DNA of 62,267 nt from a virus. Within the stretch, counting starts at the first letter, position 1; each line of letters starts with the position of its first letter. The translations under genes were made by a program, and so were the position numbers. Under the pieces are notes generated by a model that did no database searches, was not told the origin of the DNA, and was given only the letters and a program-made list of their open reading frames with translations. Location of the stretch: the IMG/VR virus record IMGVR_UViG_3300022902_000004, positions 1-62,267 of that record. One strand, 5' to 3'. Below are positions 1 to 9,458 of this stretch, one piece after another.

Positions 1-914
1 CCGTCAGTTCCTTTCGGACCGTGATCTCCCTTTTCATCCGTGTACTCGGCGATGACCTTGATGTGAATTCCCTGAATCTTGCTGTTAAGCTCGACTGGGC
101 GGAACTGACGGTCACCACGCTCGTTGGTATGGAATCGCTCGGTTGGCAATGGGAATACAACGTCTGGTCCACGCTTGTAGCGCTTGTTACCACTCTCGTC
201 GATCAAGATGCAGTACTGCAATCGCTCGAGGGTCAGTGCGTCACGGACGTACTCACCATGAGAATGCTTCAGTACCTCGATTCCTGTTGGCGGAATGTAG
301 AAGCTCACGTCGGTACCACGAATGGTTAGCAAACGCCCAACCGACAAGTCAGAAGGGGCATTTCCTGCAGAGATAAGCCCATCATCGGTGGCCTCATCGT
401 CACCGGTTTTCTGAACGGGTGTTTTAGCTGCCTGCTGGATTACTGCTGATTTCCAGTTTGCCTTTGCTGCTTTTTCATCGTAAACACGAGCTAGCAAATA
501 CTGGTTCGAACGAAGCTGGTGACCTTGGATCACCTCTCCATACTGGCGCGGCCACAGGGCAAACGAGCCTGGACCTGGTGTGTGAACTCGCTCTCCGATG
601 TGAAGACCACGAGCAACCCCTGTCGTTCCCGACTCAGGCTGCGTACCATTCTCGGCAGGATTACGCATGACGTAATAGCTTCCTGCTGGAACCACAACAT
701 TGACCTGCGCCGCTTGCTGTAGTTGCACTGTTCGAAATCGACCCGAGTCGACGTCGAAAACTACTGGTTCATCCTGGGCCTGCGCATTGACTACGGCCGG
801 ACCGCATCGAACCTTGGTGACACCACTTGTGGTATCCCGCGTGTATGCAAACTCCCCTTCTGGAAGGACCAATTCGTTTGACGTGTGACGTCGTGCTTCA
901 AATTCTTGTACCAT
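1..914 (-). CDS. Major-vault-protein-repeat-like protein, 5' part (runs off window edge)
   Basis: Hand-translated, absent from ORF track: MVQEFEARRHTSNELVLPEGEFAYTRDTTSGVTKVRCGP...LERLQYCILIDESGNKRYKRGPDVVFPLPTE; repeated 'LxxxxYxxxxDxxG...xxxGP' units resemble MVP repeats; RBS AGGAG upstream. Confidence 0.6.
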   Translation of the reverse strand, partial: MVQEFEARRHTSNELVLPEGEFAYTRDTTSGVTKVRCGPAVVNAQAQDEPVVFDVDSGRFRTVQLQQAAQVNVVVPAGSYYVMRNPAENGTQPESGTTGVARGLHIGERVHTPGPGSFALWPRQYGEVIQGHQLRSNQYLLARVYDEKAAKANWKSAVIQQAAKTPVQKTGDDEATDDGLISAGNAPSDLSVGRLLTIRGTDVSFYIPPTGIEVLKHSHGEYVRDALTLERLQYCILIDESGNKRYKRGPDVVFPLPTERFHTNERGDRQFRPVELNSKIQGIHIKVIAEYTDEKGDHGPKGTD

Positions 915-1042
915 GTATATTCACTCCTGATATTGCACTCCTCAGTGCGCCTTTGATGTAGATATAATACCCATGTGGGATGTGGTGTTCACTTTTTGTG
1001 TCACCTTTGTGAGCTTATTTTGAAGTATTTTTGGGGGAGTTT

Positions 1043-1116
1043 TGGAGCCTGTAGCAAGACTCGAACTTGCGTTACTAACCTACCAAGTTAGGGTTCTGCC
1101 GCTAAACTATACAGGC
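1043..1116 (-). tRNA. tRNA-Thr(GGU)
   Basis: Cloverleaf; CTAAC-TTGGTAG-GTTAG; CCA. Confidence 0.9.
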
Positions 1117-1118
1117 AA

Positions 1119-1194
1119 TGGAGTCCCGGGTGGGATTCGAACCCACACCCTCCTGATTCGAAGTCAGGCGCCCTTCCAGTTGAGCTTCCGAGAC
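1119..1194 (-). tRNA. tRNA-Arg(UCG)
   Basis: CCTGA-CTTCGAA-TCAGG; CCA. Confidence 0.9.
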
Positions 1195-1198
1195 GTTT

Positions 1199-1272
1199 TG
1201 GAGCAGTATTTCGAATTCGAATCGAAACTATCACACAGGCAATGTAATGTGCTACCGTTACACCAATACTGC
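1199..1272 (-). tRNA. tRNA-Gly(GCC)
   Basis: TTACA-TTGCCTG-TGTGA; U73; CCA. Confidence 0.85.
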
Positions 1273-2235
1273 ATTGTTCTTTTTGCGGCGTTGCTTATGC
1301 CTGTCTTTCATTACGCAACTTTGACCACAGTATGTATATTTTACCGGAGCGCCGCATACTTTACACTTATTAAGTATCATATTATGTGGATTTCCATCGT
1401 ATAATGATATAAAATCATTTCCATGTTTCTTTTTGACATATGCCAAATATGATTCCATATCTTTTTGATACAAAACGCGTAATGCATGCGGGAAATCTCG
1501 TTTTTTAGCTTCAAATTGTTTGTTGGAAAAACCTTTGATTTCAACATATGAACCGTCCGGCAGCAAAAAATCCGGATAATACTTTCTTTGCTTGTTAAGG
1601 TATGAATATTCAAACCCAACCATGTTTCTTTCAAATTGAATCTTGTGATCCAAATTATAGATTATCCATGCCAGCTCCCAGCTTGAGTCACACCAATAGC
1701 CTTTATACCATCCTGTCTTACTAGACTTTCCTTTACGACCATGGCCGGTTCTTGGGCCACCTCGCCTTTTCTTCTTCTTTCCTTTGAGCGACTTAGCGAG
1801 GTTTCTTCGCCACGTACCAGAATTGACCATACATTTTCTGTCACAATATGATCTTTTCCTAGACGGTACATGCGTGATTGGTTTGTTGCAAGCCTTGCAT
1901 GGCGACGTTTTCATTTTCGAGCGTGTCTTGCCCTTTAGCGTCAACGATATTTTTTTGCGCGTTGACGCAGAACGTTTTGAGCGAACCTTATTCGTAAATG
2001 TGGCAACACAAGATCTTGAACAAAATTTGTTGTTCCCAGCAAATTGCTTTTCGCAGCAAGGACATGCCTTTTTTTGGGCTTTGTTAGCGCAGGATTTTTC
2101 ATGTCGACGGAACGTCATGACAGGAACGTCTTCACCGCAAACACTACAAGACTTTTTTCTATGTGCTGATGTTATATGAGAACCTAATGATCGACCTGAT
2201 TTGAACTTCTTTTTACATATTTTGCATGTGCTCAT
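1258..2235 (-). CDS. Zn-finger + PD-(D/E)xK (TnsA-N-like) putative homing endonuclease
   Basis: CxxC repeats; DSSWELAW...YYPDF...YVEIKG; stop codon inside tRNA-Gly. Confidence 0.8.
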   Translation of the reverse strand: MSTCKICKKKFKSGRSLGSHITSAHRKKSCSVCGEDVPVMTFRRHEKSCANKAQKKACPCCEKQFAGNNKFCSRSCVATFTNKVRSKRSASTRKKISLTLKGKTRSKMKTSPCKACNKPITHVPSRKRSYCDRKCMVNSGTWRRNLAKSLKGKKKKRRGGPRTGHGRKGKSSKTGWYKGYWCDSSWELAWIIYNLDHKIQFERNMVGFEYSYLNKQRKYYPDFLLPDGSYVEIKGFSNKQFEAKKRDFPHALRVLYQKDMESYLAYVKKKHGNDFISLYDGNPHNMILNKCKVCGAPVKYTYCGQSCVMKDRHKQRRKKNNAVLV

Positions 2236-2333
2236 GCGAATAAGTATCTATGAACTCAAAACTTGCGCGTTTGTTTCCTAAATTAGGTCAGTTTCCACAT
2301 TAGGAAACATATACAATTTAGGAAACTTGTGAA

Positions 2334-2603
2334 TCAGCGATCCCCGGGGAAGGCTGATGTGCCTGGATCATATTGAGAAAATGCATATTCAACATCATCC
2401 ATGGAAAAGCCCATTGTTTCCAACTCAGCACCAAAGGCGTTGATGTTGAGTTGAAGGCTTAATCCGTTCGAATCGAGTGCAGATCGTAAGGCATACCTCA
2501 AATCAGTGACCGAGCCAGATTCGGTCATGTTTTCGCCATCGACCAAGTCATCCTCGTATTGCTCACGAATCATCTTTCTTAGTTTTTGTTCTGAAATTTT
2601 CAT
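2334..2603 (-). CDS. Leader-family small acidic protein (putative internal head protein)
   Basis: MKISEQKLRKMIRE N-terminus. Confidence 0.65.
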   Translation of the reverse strand: MKISEQKLRKMIREQYEDDLVDGENMTESGSVTDLRYALRSALDSNGLSLQLNINAFGAELETMGFSMDDVEYAFSQYDPGTSAFPGDR

Positions 2604-2635
2604 TGCGCTTTCCTCTACTTGTCTCTTTGAATCAC

Positions 2636-3442
2636 TTAAAATGCAGTACCCGGGTTATCTTTGTCACCGTTGCCGGCATATTCTCCGAAACCAGAGCCTT
2701 TCTTTTTCTTCTTCTTACCGCCATACCCAGCAGCTTTGGATTCTTCTTTCCATCTTTGTTGGCGTTTTCTCAGCGCTTCGCGGTTTGCCGGTGTGTCTTG
2801 CTTCTTTCTTGCTGCAGCTTTATCAGCTTTTTCTTTATCACTCTTCGCAAGCGCTTCAGCTGCACTGTTTCTTGGGGTGTTTTCTTTCCAAAAGTTTACA
2901 AGAGCTGCGGTTTGCTCTTTGCTGGCCTTCTTCTTTACAGGCTGACGACTGGAAGACACCTTTTTATGATTGCTAGGCACAGGTCCCCAAACATCTGGCT
3001 TCGACTCAAGTGCCATAAACACACCGCGATTTGTTTTGATGTAAGCCCAACCAATATCTTGGCTTTTTCGGCTGCCTCGCCACGCTTTTACAAATTCAAG
3101 ATCTTTGCCCTTAAGGACATTGCGAACCATTTGCCGTAGCTTTTGCTCAGTTATTCTCAGTGTATTTTCCCTCTGTTTAGCTCTTCGATTCACTTCATCC
3201 TGAAGATTGTGCCATTCGGCTTGCCAAACTTGGAATTCATGGCTTCCGGTGCGCAGATTGGTAATATCAGGAATTAGCATTCCGTCATAGTCGCGAACGT
3301 TGTTGCGTTGACTCCAATGAAAGTTTATTTTGTCTGATCGAGTATTTGCTTCCCATTGTGCAGCTCGAATGTCTTCATCACTCCACACCGATAAATCTTC
3401 GCCGTATGACGGTGCCAATGTTTTGTCTACTTTGTTCCACAT
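2636..3442 (-). CDS. Hypothetical protein with internal leader-like motif
   Basis: Contains LRITEQKLRQMVRNVL; abuts upstream gene. Confidence 0.6.
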   Translation of the reverse strand: MWNKVDKTLAPSYGEDLSVWSDEDIRAAQWEANTRSDKINFHWSQRNNVRDYDGMLIPDITNLRTGSHEFQVWQAEWHNLQDEVNRRAKQRENTLRITEQKLRQMVRNVLKGKDLEFVKAWRGSRKSQDIGWAYIKTNRGVFMALESKPDVWGPVPSNHKKVSSSRQPVKKKASKEQTAALVNFWKENTPRNSAAEALAKSDKEKADKAAARKKQDTPANREALRKRQQRWKEESKAAGYGGKKKKKKGSGFGEYAGNGDKDNPGTAF

Positions 3443-4396
3443 TTAGTGTCCTCTACTTAGCAAATCGATCATCTCGTTTGCATCATCGAAATGTAATCCT
3501 CTGTTTGGCTTGCCTGCTGACTTCATTTTGAAGTTGAAGCTGTATGCTCGGCCGTCTTTACGACCTCCCGCCCCGGCGAACCTAATTTCAACCCCTACTG
3601 CACCTGGCGTATAAAGTGGAGCGCCGGTGCTGAGCGGGTCAAATCCCGGGATGAGAGTATACAGTTCACCAGAAACGACGTCCGGTCGGCCATGCCCAAC
3701 AAAGATGTACGATGTCTCTGCACCGTTCGGGCCTTGCTTGTTCGACATGATTTGTCGCATTTTTGCAGCCGAAATCTTTGCGCCCGTCCTTGGATTTGAG
3801 ATTTGTTTCGATCCTGGAGGAAGCGGGACGCTCCCAGGAGGAACCGGGAACTCAGCCTGGCGTTTTTCGTTTTGCTCATTGCGGATGACGAGGTAAAAAT
3901 CGCGGGCCTCCTGTGAGCCTCCACGATCAGGACCCAAATCATTACCGAATGATGTCTTCAAATCCCATGGCAACTTCCTATAAGGCTCAAAAATGCCAAC
4001 CAATTTTTCAAACTTTTCACGAACCGCCGGTGATGAATTCATGAAATCAATGATCGCCACGATTTCATCTTTGATATAACTATTTGGCTGTGGCCTGCCA
4101 ATAAACACGTCGCCATTTGGATCTGACGGGTCATAAATTAATGACTGGATTTGATCCTTCCTGACAGCTCCGAGAAATGCTTCATGGTCAAGCTTGACCT
4201 CGGCCGCTACGTCGATTCCATGCGCAGTGAAACCTAGGTCTGAGATCGAGCTGTTGTTACCCGCAGCAGGTGTGACTTCAAATCCCGCGCCAGAAAGTAC
4301 TGCTGACAATGTTTCTTCATATTCGAAGCCGCGTTCTCCTGCACCTTCCCATAGAAGCCGTGAAAAGCACTCTACTAAAAAACTGTCATTGCTCAT
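3443..4396 (-). CDS. Putative PD-(D/E)xK-fold protein with E-ending leader
   Basis: GFEYE...SDLGF...AAEVK spacing; N-terminal RLLWE; ATATTTA motif ~4423-4429. Confidence 0.5.
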   Translation of the reverse strand: MSNDSFLVECFSRLLWEGAGERGFEYEETLSAVLSGAGFEVTPAAGNNSSISDLGFTAHGIDVAAEVKLDHEAFLGAVRKDQIQSLIYDPSDPNGDVFIGRPQPNSYIKDEIVAIIDFMNSSPAVREKFEKLVGIFEPYRKLPWDLKTSFGNDLGPDRGGSQEARDFYLVIRNEQNEKRQAEFPVPPGSVPLPPGSKQISNPRTGAKISAAKMRQIMSNKQGPNGAETSYIFVGHGRPDVVSGELYTLIPGFDPLSTGAPLYTPGAVGVEIRFAGAGGRKDGRAYSFNFKMKSAGKPNRGLHFDDANEMIDLLSRGH

Positions 4397-4444
4397 ATCG
4401 GCCTACCTCGTTGGCGTAAGAATAAATATCGCCGTCGGCCCGTT

Positions 4445-5104
4445 TTATGCCAATCTTTTGAAAAGTTCCATGTCATCCTTGCAATACACACGCAGTTTAT
4501 CGAGCCAGGCGCTGGCTTTTACCTTGAATGTTCGGCGTGATGAGACCTTTTTTCCCTGCGATTTGCACACAACGCCCTCGAATGTCATGCCTGGAAGGGT
4601 TGAATTCCGGATGGATTCCAACAATTCCTGTGTAATTTCACCATGATAGAGAACGCGAGCGTAATCCGTGCCTTCTGACAGTCCTGCGTCTATACACAGA
4701 CGTACGAAATCCTCTGGCCCCATAAACCCCTTCGGATGAAGATTGAAGTCAATGAGGGCCAACCTGTGCTCCTCGTACTCGTGGTGTCCTGAGAATGATT
4801 TGTCCCCGTTGAACTCGAAAAAGCACAGCATTCGCTTATACTTTCGCTTCCGAAACTCTGCGTCAAGCTTTGGGCCAACGGTGCTATTCAAAATGCCTGA
4901 AATGTCGTCGTGCTTCAGCCACGGGTTCGAGTCGTCGAGGAGCGCGTTGCGCCTGCCATACTTGTAGAACCCGCGCTTGTGATTCCACTCAACCCGGATG
5001 TTGCTTCCGTCCAGTTTGTCAAAGACATACCAGTCATTTCCTTCTGGGATTCCGGCGCCCTTGGTCAATCCATTCATAAACTTCGTCGATGGATATGTTT
5101 TCAT
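4445..5104 (-). CDS. ATP-dependent ligase-fold (RNA ligase-like) protein
   Basis: Motif I DKLDGSN, FFEF, EGVVCK, FKVK. Confidence 0.7.
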   Translation of the reverse strand: MKTYPSTKFMNGLTKGAGIPEGNDWYVFDKLDGSNIRVEWNHKRGFYKYGRRNALLDDSNPWLKHDDISGILNSTVGPKLDAEFRKRKYKRMLCFFEFNGDKSFSGHHEYEEHRLALIDFNLHPKGFMGPEDFVRLCIDAGLSEGTDYARVLYHGEITQELLESIRNSTLPGMTFEGVVCKSQGKKVSSRRTFKVKASAWLDKLRVYCKDDMELFKRLA

Positions 5105-5421
5105 TCTTCACCTCGTTTCTCGAGATCCCGCCGGGTTTTCTCTCGCACAATTGTATGACGCAGATAGTCGAACGCTTTGAAGGCCGCCTCATCGGTGCCC
5201 TCTAAGCGTTCTAGCAAAATTGCATCTCGCCATCGCAAATCTTTCTCAAGACCTGCAGCGTCTCGCAACTTGAGGAACTTCTTCCGATACGCCATGAACC
5301 CGTGGTCACTCATTTTCTGCATCGCCTCCTTCGTGAGAAGACGAATTGTGATGCCACCGGTAACCCAAAGGCGACGTTGCCCGTTTCCTTGGTCCTTTCT
5401 AATCTGTAGTGTATTTTTCAT
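5101..5421 (-). CDS. Hypothetical protein
   Basis: ORF in operon, RBS AAGGA. Confidence 0.55.
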   Translation of the reverse strand: MKNTLQIRKDQGNGQRRLWVTGGITIRLLTKEAMQKMSDHGFMAYRKKFLKLRDAAGLEKDLRWRDAILLERLEGTDEAAFKAFDYLRHTIVREKTRRDLEKRGEE

Positions 5422-5436
5422 GTTTTCCTTTATTTT

Positions 5437-5808
5437 CTATCGGTCGTCTTCACACGCCGGTTTTTCGAAGCCTCGGCCCCACCAGGTTTCTTTCTCACGG
5501 AAGACTTTGCCGCCATCGTCGGCTCGGTAAAACAACAATGTCAACCAGGAAGCCGGGCGGTCAGGGGAAAGCCACAGTTGCAACGGGTTCGTCACAATCG
5601 ATGCAATAACCTGGACCGGATATACCAGCCCGCGACTATAGAGGCCCTCCAAAAAAGACCATGCAACGCATAGAACCGCCAGCGGGATGATGCAGAAGAA
5701 TGAGATAACGTATCCCACCACCTGAAACGACTGAAACAGTCGAAACCACCAGCCCGAGTGTTTCCACTTCCAGAACCACAACTCATAACGTGTTAGCTTC
5801 TTGGTCAT
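5437..5808 (-). CDS. Hypothetical membrane protein
   Basis: Hydrophobic segment; RBS AGGAGA. Confidence 0.55.
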   Translation of the reverse strand: MTKKLTRYELWFWKWKHSGWWFRLFQSFQVVGYVISFFCIIPLAVLCVAWSFLEGLYSRGLVYPVQVIASIVTNPLQLWLSPDRPASWLTLLFYRADDGGKVFREKETWWGRGFEKPACEDDR

Positions 5809-5902
5809 GATGCTCTCCTAAAACTGGATACACCAGCCATACGTCATGGCCATGGTGATAATACAACAAGCAATCAATGCACAAGTGTCTTTGTCAAACA
5901 TG

Positions 5903-6163
5903 TTACCTCTCCACCGGTGGCCACTGATTGAACTTCAATGGGAAGTTTCGTGCAGTGTAGCATTCGTACTTCTTAGCGAAGTCTTGGATTGCGACGCTCT
6001 GCTTGTCACAACGAACATAGTCGCTGTCTTCTTCATCACGCCAGACGATTCCTTCGTCATACATGTCTTCAATGTCGGACGAAAAATCCTTCGGGTCCCA
6101 CCCGCTAATCACAGCAACCAAAAAAGTGACCTGTCGTTCTGTCAAGTTTTCAATCATGAGCAC
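5903..6163 (-). CDS. Hypothetical protein
   Basis: RBS GGAGG; promoter ~6181-6211. Confidence 0.55.
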   Translation of the reverse strand: MLMIENLTERQVTFLVAVISGWDPKDFSSDIEDMYDEGIVWRDEEDSDYVRCDKQSVAIQDFAKKYECYTARNFPLKFNQWPPVER

Positions 6164-6215
6164 CTCCGTCCTTAGGATTCTATTCTATCATAAGTGGGGT
6201 CATTTTACACGTTTC

Positions 6216-6812
6216 TTACAAAGAAAAGCGGCCATTTGTTTCTGTCGTCGTAAAATCTCTCATTTCTCTATAAAGATCCACGATATCTTTGTCGGTAAGG
6301 CCCCCAAACTCCTCGTGGGCTTCTAGGTATGTCATTTTCAACTCACTTGCTAGCGCCACAACGCTTTTTCGCATGATGAAAGCTACCTTTGGCGGTGCCG
6401 GAATCACCTTCTTCTTGACCTCCGGTGGTCGGGATGGCGCTGGTCGAGCTGGGGGTTTGATCCGCTTTGTGTTCGACTCGTTCACCCGAGCGATCGACCC
6501 GGGCTTGTATACCGCTTGTATCCGTGATGCCACCGCGATTTTCTGTTCGGCATTTTCTCGTTCCCGGTGACATTGGATGAGTTTATCAATCGCACACGGC
6601 GGCCACTTCGACACATGTTTTTGAATTGCTTTCATGTCCTGCAAATGAAACAGCATGAGCGACAACGGCTCAAAGTTTTCCCTAAGCTCCGTTCGCTCCA
6701 TCATGTCATAAACGACATATGAACAGCGATATTCATTATGTCGATCGCTAAACCATACAACCGATTTCTCGATTATTGTTGGGAAATCTTCAGCCAGGTC
6801 GGCGCGGTGCAT
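6216..6812 (-). CDS. Hypothetical protein
   Basis: ORF in operon, RBS GAGG. Confidence 0.55.
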   Translation of the reverse strand: MHRADLAEDFPTIIEKSVVWFSDRHNEYRCSYVVYDMMERTELRENFEPLSLMLFHLQDMKAIQKHVSKWPPCAIDKLIQCHRERENAEQKIAVASRIQAVYKPGSIARVNESNTKRIKPPARPAPSRPPEVKKKVIPAPPKVAFIMRKSVVALASELKMTYLEAHEEFGGLTDKDIVDLYREMRDFTTTETNGRFSL

Positions 6813-6821
6813 TGGACCTCT

Positions 6822-7139
6822 TTACTTGTCGAGTTTACGGCCAATTGTTGTCGAAGGGAACCATCGGGTTTCATAGTTGCTGTTATGCCGAGCGTAAAGC
6901 AGGCCTTCGTTTGCCCATTTCTCAACCATCCATGCAGGAACACGCTTGACTACTCGGTGGGCACCCAGCAATCCGGAACTGTACACATGAAGCCGCCCAA
7001 AATACTCGTACTTGAATGTATAAAGTAAACCGTTCTCGCGGGCAAGTGTAAACAGCGCTTTCTTTTTGAGGTACCGATAATAGAGAATGTAAATGATTGG
7101 CAGAGCTGCGAAACACATCGCGGTGAGCAAAGGTGTCAT
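6822..7139 (-). CDS. Hypothetical membrane-anchored protein
   Basis: N-terminal hydrophobic helix. Confidence 0.5.
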   Translation of the reverse strand: MTPLLTAMCFAALPIIYILYYRYLKKKALFTLARENGLLYTFKYEYFGRLHVYSSGLLGAHRVVKRVPAWMVEKWANEGLLYARHNSNYETRWFPSTTIGRKLDK

Positions 7140-7378
7140 TCAGCGGCCTCCGTCATTGCAGCCCAAAACCGCCCGAGAGTTTTTGTCCACACGCTACCAG
7201 CCGAACACTTATAGACAATAGTCACAGGACGATCATCACCAGATGACCATGTGCTAAGGTTGGCAATATGAATCACAGTGAATTGTTCATCTTTGTTGTA
7301 AGACTTCCAGCGACTTCCAATTTTGGGATAATCCCGACTTTTCAAAGGCTCTGGAAGGGTGTAAACTGTTGGTGCCAT
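7136..7378 (-). CDS. DUF1653-like small protein
   Basis: RWKSY...FTVIHIA...IVYK...VWTK pattern. Confidence 0.5.
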   Translation of the reverse strand: MAPTVYTLPEPLKSRDYPKIGSRWKSYNKDEQFTVIHIANLSTWSSGDDRPVTIVYKCSAGSVWTKTLGRFWAAMTEAAE

Positions 7379-7433
7379 CGTATACCTCGAATTTAGAGAA
7401 GTTCGTGTCTATGATTTTATTATACAGGAAGGA

Positions 7434-7955
7434 CTAGTAATTTACACTGCCAATGACGTCTATTTGTCCTTTATATTTTTCTTTGAATGAATCCTTGAGA
7501 TGACCAATCTCCTCACGCATCATCTTCCCGAAATGAAGTATCTTCAGATCAGGATGCATATCGATCAGGCCTTGAATTAGTTTCCTGGCGTACCCTTTTC
7601 CACGCTGGTCGTTTCGCACATGGACATAGTCGAGATAGATTGATTGTTTATCTCCCCAATATGACCAATCCTGAAATGCAACCATATGATCCGGGCCGCC
7701 CTTGATAAACTCATCGATCACCGGCTTTTTGAGTTTTCGCCGTTTGGCGCCTCGGCCTGTATATTTCCGCCATATTGTGTAGTCGGTGTAATATGTCGAT
7801 TGCGGCGGTGCCAGCTCGGTTGATGTGTCAATCATCGCAACCCGATTTTTGTGGGCGTAACGACCGTATAGGAGTGGTGACTTACCCAAATCGGTAAACT
7901 TGGCGTTCTCGGTTAGAATGCCTTCAATGATTATTTCAAGTTGTTCTAGATTCAT
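7434..7955 (-). CDS. GNAT-like acetyltransferase with E-ending leader
   Basis: YVHVRNDQRGKGYARKLI acetyl-CoA motif; N-terminal EGILTE. Confidence 0.65.
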   Translation of the reverse strand: MNLEQLEIIIEGILTENAKFTDLGKSPLLYGRYAHKNRVAMIDTSTELAPPQSTYYTDYTIWRKYTGRGAKRRKLKKPVIDEFIKGGPDHMVAFQDWSYWGDKQSIYLDYVHVRNDQRGKGYARKLIQGLIDMHPDLKILHFGKMMREEIGHLKDSFKEKYKGQIDVIGSVNY

Positions 7956-9346
7956 GAGCGCCTCGACCAGTGTTGTGTATGTTTTCTATGTTCCTCATAT
8001 TCACTTCGACTCGGGCCGCCCTTACTTTCCGGTGTATCGAATCTTTGTTTTTTGTATTCCATAGATAGCTCAATGTATTGCGGCCTGATGATACCTTTGT
8101 ATGCGACCGTTCCACCGCTTGAGCCTGCAATACTTTTCTTCACCATGCTGGCAATCATGTTATGAACAGCGATTTCGAAAGCAGCAAGTTCAGGGGTGTC
8201 TTCATATACATTTCTGTGCAGGCTGTCCAGCACGCTTCGCGGATGAACGTTCTGAACGAGTTGTCCTGGTTCTAAATCGGTCCCGGGTATTGAAAACTCA
8301 CGTTTTATGTGCAATCGATATGGTCGATCTAGGCTCTCATAGCCCATTTGGTCCTCATCAGGACGTAACCTTGTATAGTCCGGCACGGTAACCCTTAGCA
8401 CGACCGCCGTGGAACGATTATTGATTGCTTGTCGTGTGGCGTAGTTCTCAGCTTCGGCATGTGATAAGGCAAGGTACACATTTTCATTGGAATAACCCGG
8501 AATCAAGTCACCGTACGATTCGCCCGTAGCACCCGGGCGCAATCCTTGCTTTTGAATCTTCTTCCAGAGTGTACCGCTGGTGCCATGAAACATGACGATT
8601 GGGGTTTTACCGGTCAAAGCCCCTGCAACCTCATCAGGACGACCCAGGACGTCCCCAATTGACATGTTTCGGTACTTTTCAGAACCTACAATCTGGAAAT
8701 CTTCCGTAACATCAGGATCTTTGCCCAAAAGGTACTTCAACATTTTCTGAAGCGGGCCCAGTTTTTCATCGAATGCGACATCACCGCTAGGGATTACATA
8801 TGCTCTGCCGGTCCTAACTTTTGCAGGGCGCCTGGTAAAGGTTCCCATGTAGTCGAGATTCATATCTATGACACGTTCTGTCTTGTCAACTCTTACGATT
8901 TTGGAAGTTGAGGCATATCCAACCTTTGTTTTGAATCGTTTTAGAGTTTTTGGAATGTCTTTGTATGATTTATATTTCGCGCGGAACCCTTTTCTATAGT
9001 TGTAGAGCGTGCGCGCGGACTCAACCTTTTCTTTTTCCACTGTAAAATAGCCGGCCTTGACCAGCTTCTTGGCGAGCTTTTTCTGTGCCTTACTCAGTTC
9101 GGCAACATATTTGCCACTCAGGTTACCAACCATGGCTTCCAGTGTTTGCGGGTCTTGCCTTTCAGAGTATGGAATGTCATTGCTAGCAGGCCCACCACGA
9201 CCTTTTGAACTGGCTGCCTCCAACGAGACATTCCCATTCATCCACATTCGTGCGTAATAAACGCGCCCATCCGGGACATCACCAAGCAGTGGCATATCTT
9301 TCAGCTCAACCAGAAGGGAGCGTACATATTGGCGTAACAATTCCAT
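7952..9346 (-). CDS. Protein with ADP-ribosyltransferase/Tpt1-like domain and E-ending leader
   Basis: MFHGTS..IQKQGLRP..NVYLA..AENYA..VVLRV..YKGIIRPQYI; N-terminal MELLRQYVRSLLVE. Confidence 0.6.
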   Translation of the reverse strand: MELLRQYVRSLLVELKDMPLLGDVPDGRVYYARMWMNGNVSLEAASSKGRGGPASNDIPYSERQDPQTLEAMVGNLSGKYVAELSKAQKKLAKKLVKAGYFTVEKEKVESARTLYNYRKGFRAKYKSYKDIPKTLKRFKTKVGYASTSKIVRVDKTERVIDMNLDYMGTFTRRPAKVRTGRAYVIPSGDVAFDEKLGPLQKMLKYLLGKDPDVTEDFQIVGSEKYRNMSIGDVLGRPDEVAGALTGKTPIVMFHGTSGTLWKKIQKQGLRPGATGESYGDLIPGYSNENVYLALSHAEAENYATRQAINNRSTAVVLRVTVPDYTRLRPDEDQMGYESLDRPYRLHIKREFSIPGTDLEPGQLVQNVHPRSVLDSLHRNVYEDTPELAAFEIAVHNMIASMVKKSIAGSSGGTVAYKGIIRPQYIELSMEYKKQRFDTPESKGGPSRSEYEEHRKHTQHWSRRS

Positions 9347-9372
9347 GGTTCCTCAATTTACGCCTATAAATA

Positions 9373-9448
9373 TGGAGACGATGACTGGACTCGAACCAGT
9401 AATAGAAGATTTGCAGTCAACTGCCTTAACCAATTTAGCTACATCGTC
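9373..9448 (-). tRNA. tRNA-Cys(GCA)
   Basis: Loop CTGCAAA; U73; CCA; two U-U pairs in anticodon stem. Confidence 0.85.
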
Positions 9449-9458
9449 ATTCTAAATT

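Noticed and set aside
2271-2330. GTTTCCTAAATT/AATTTAGGAAAC inverted repeats as mobile-element ends
   Set aside because: Single local hairpin in an intergenic gap, more simply a terminator or operator; no partner at the other end of the gene.
9365-9373. T4 late promoter TATAAATA on the plus strand
   Set aside because: Flanking genes are on the minus strand. The plus-strand gene at 41459 shows the functional orientation is ATAYTTA on the coding strand.
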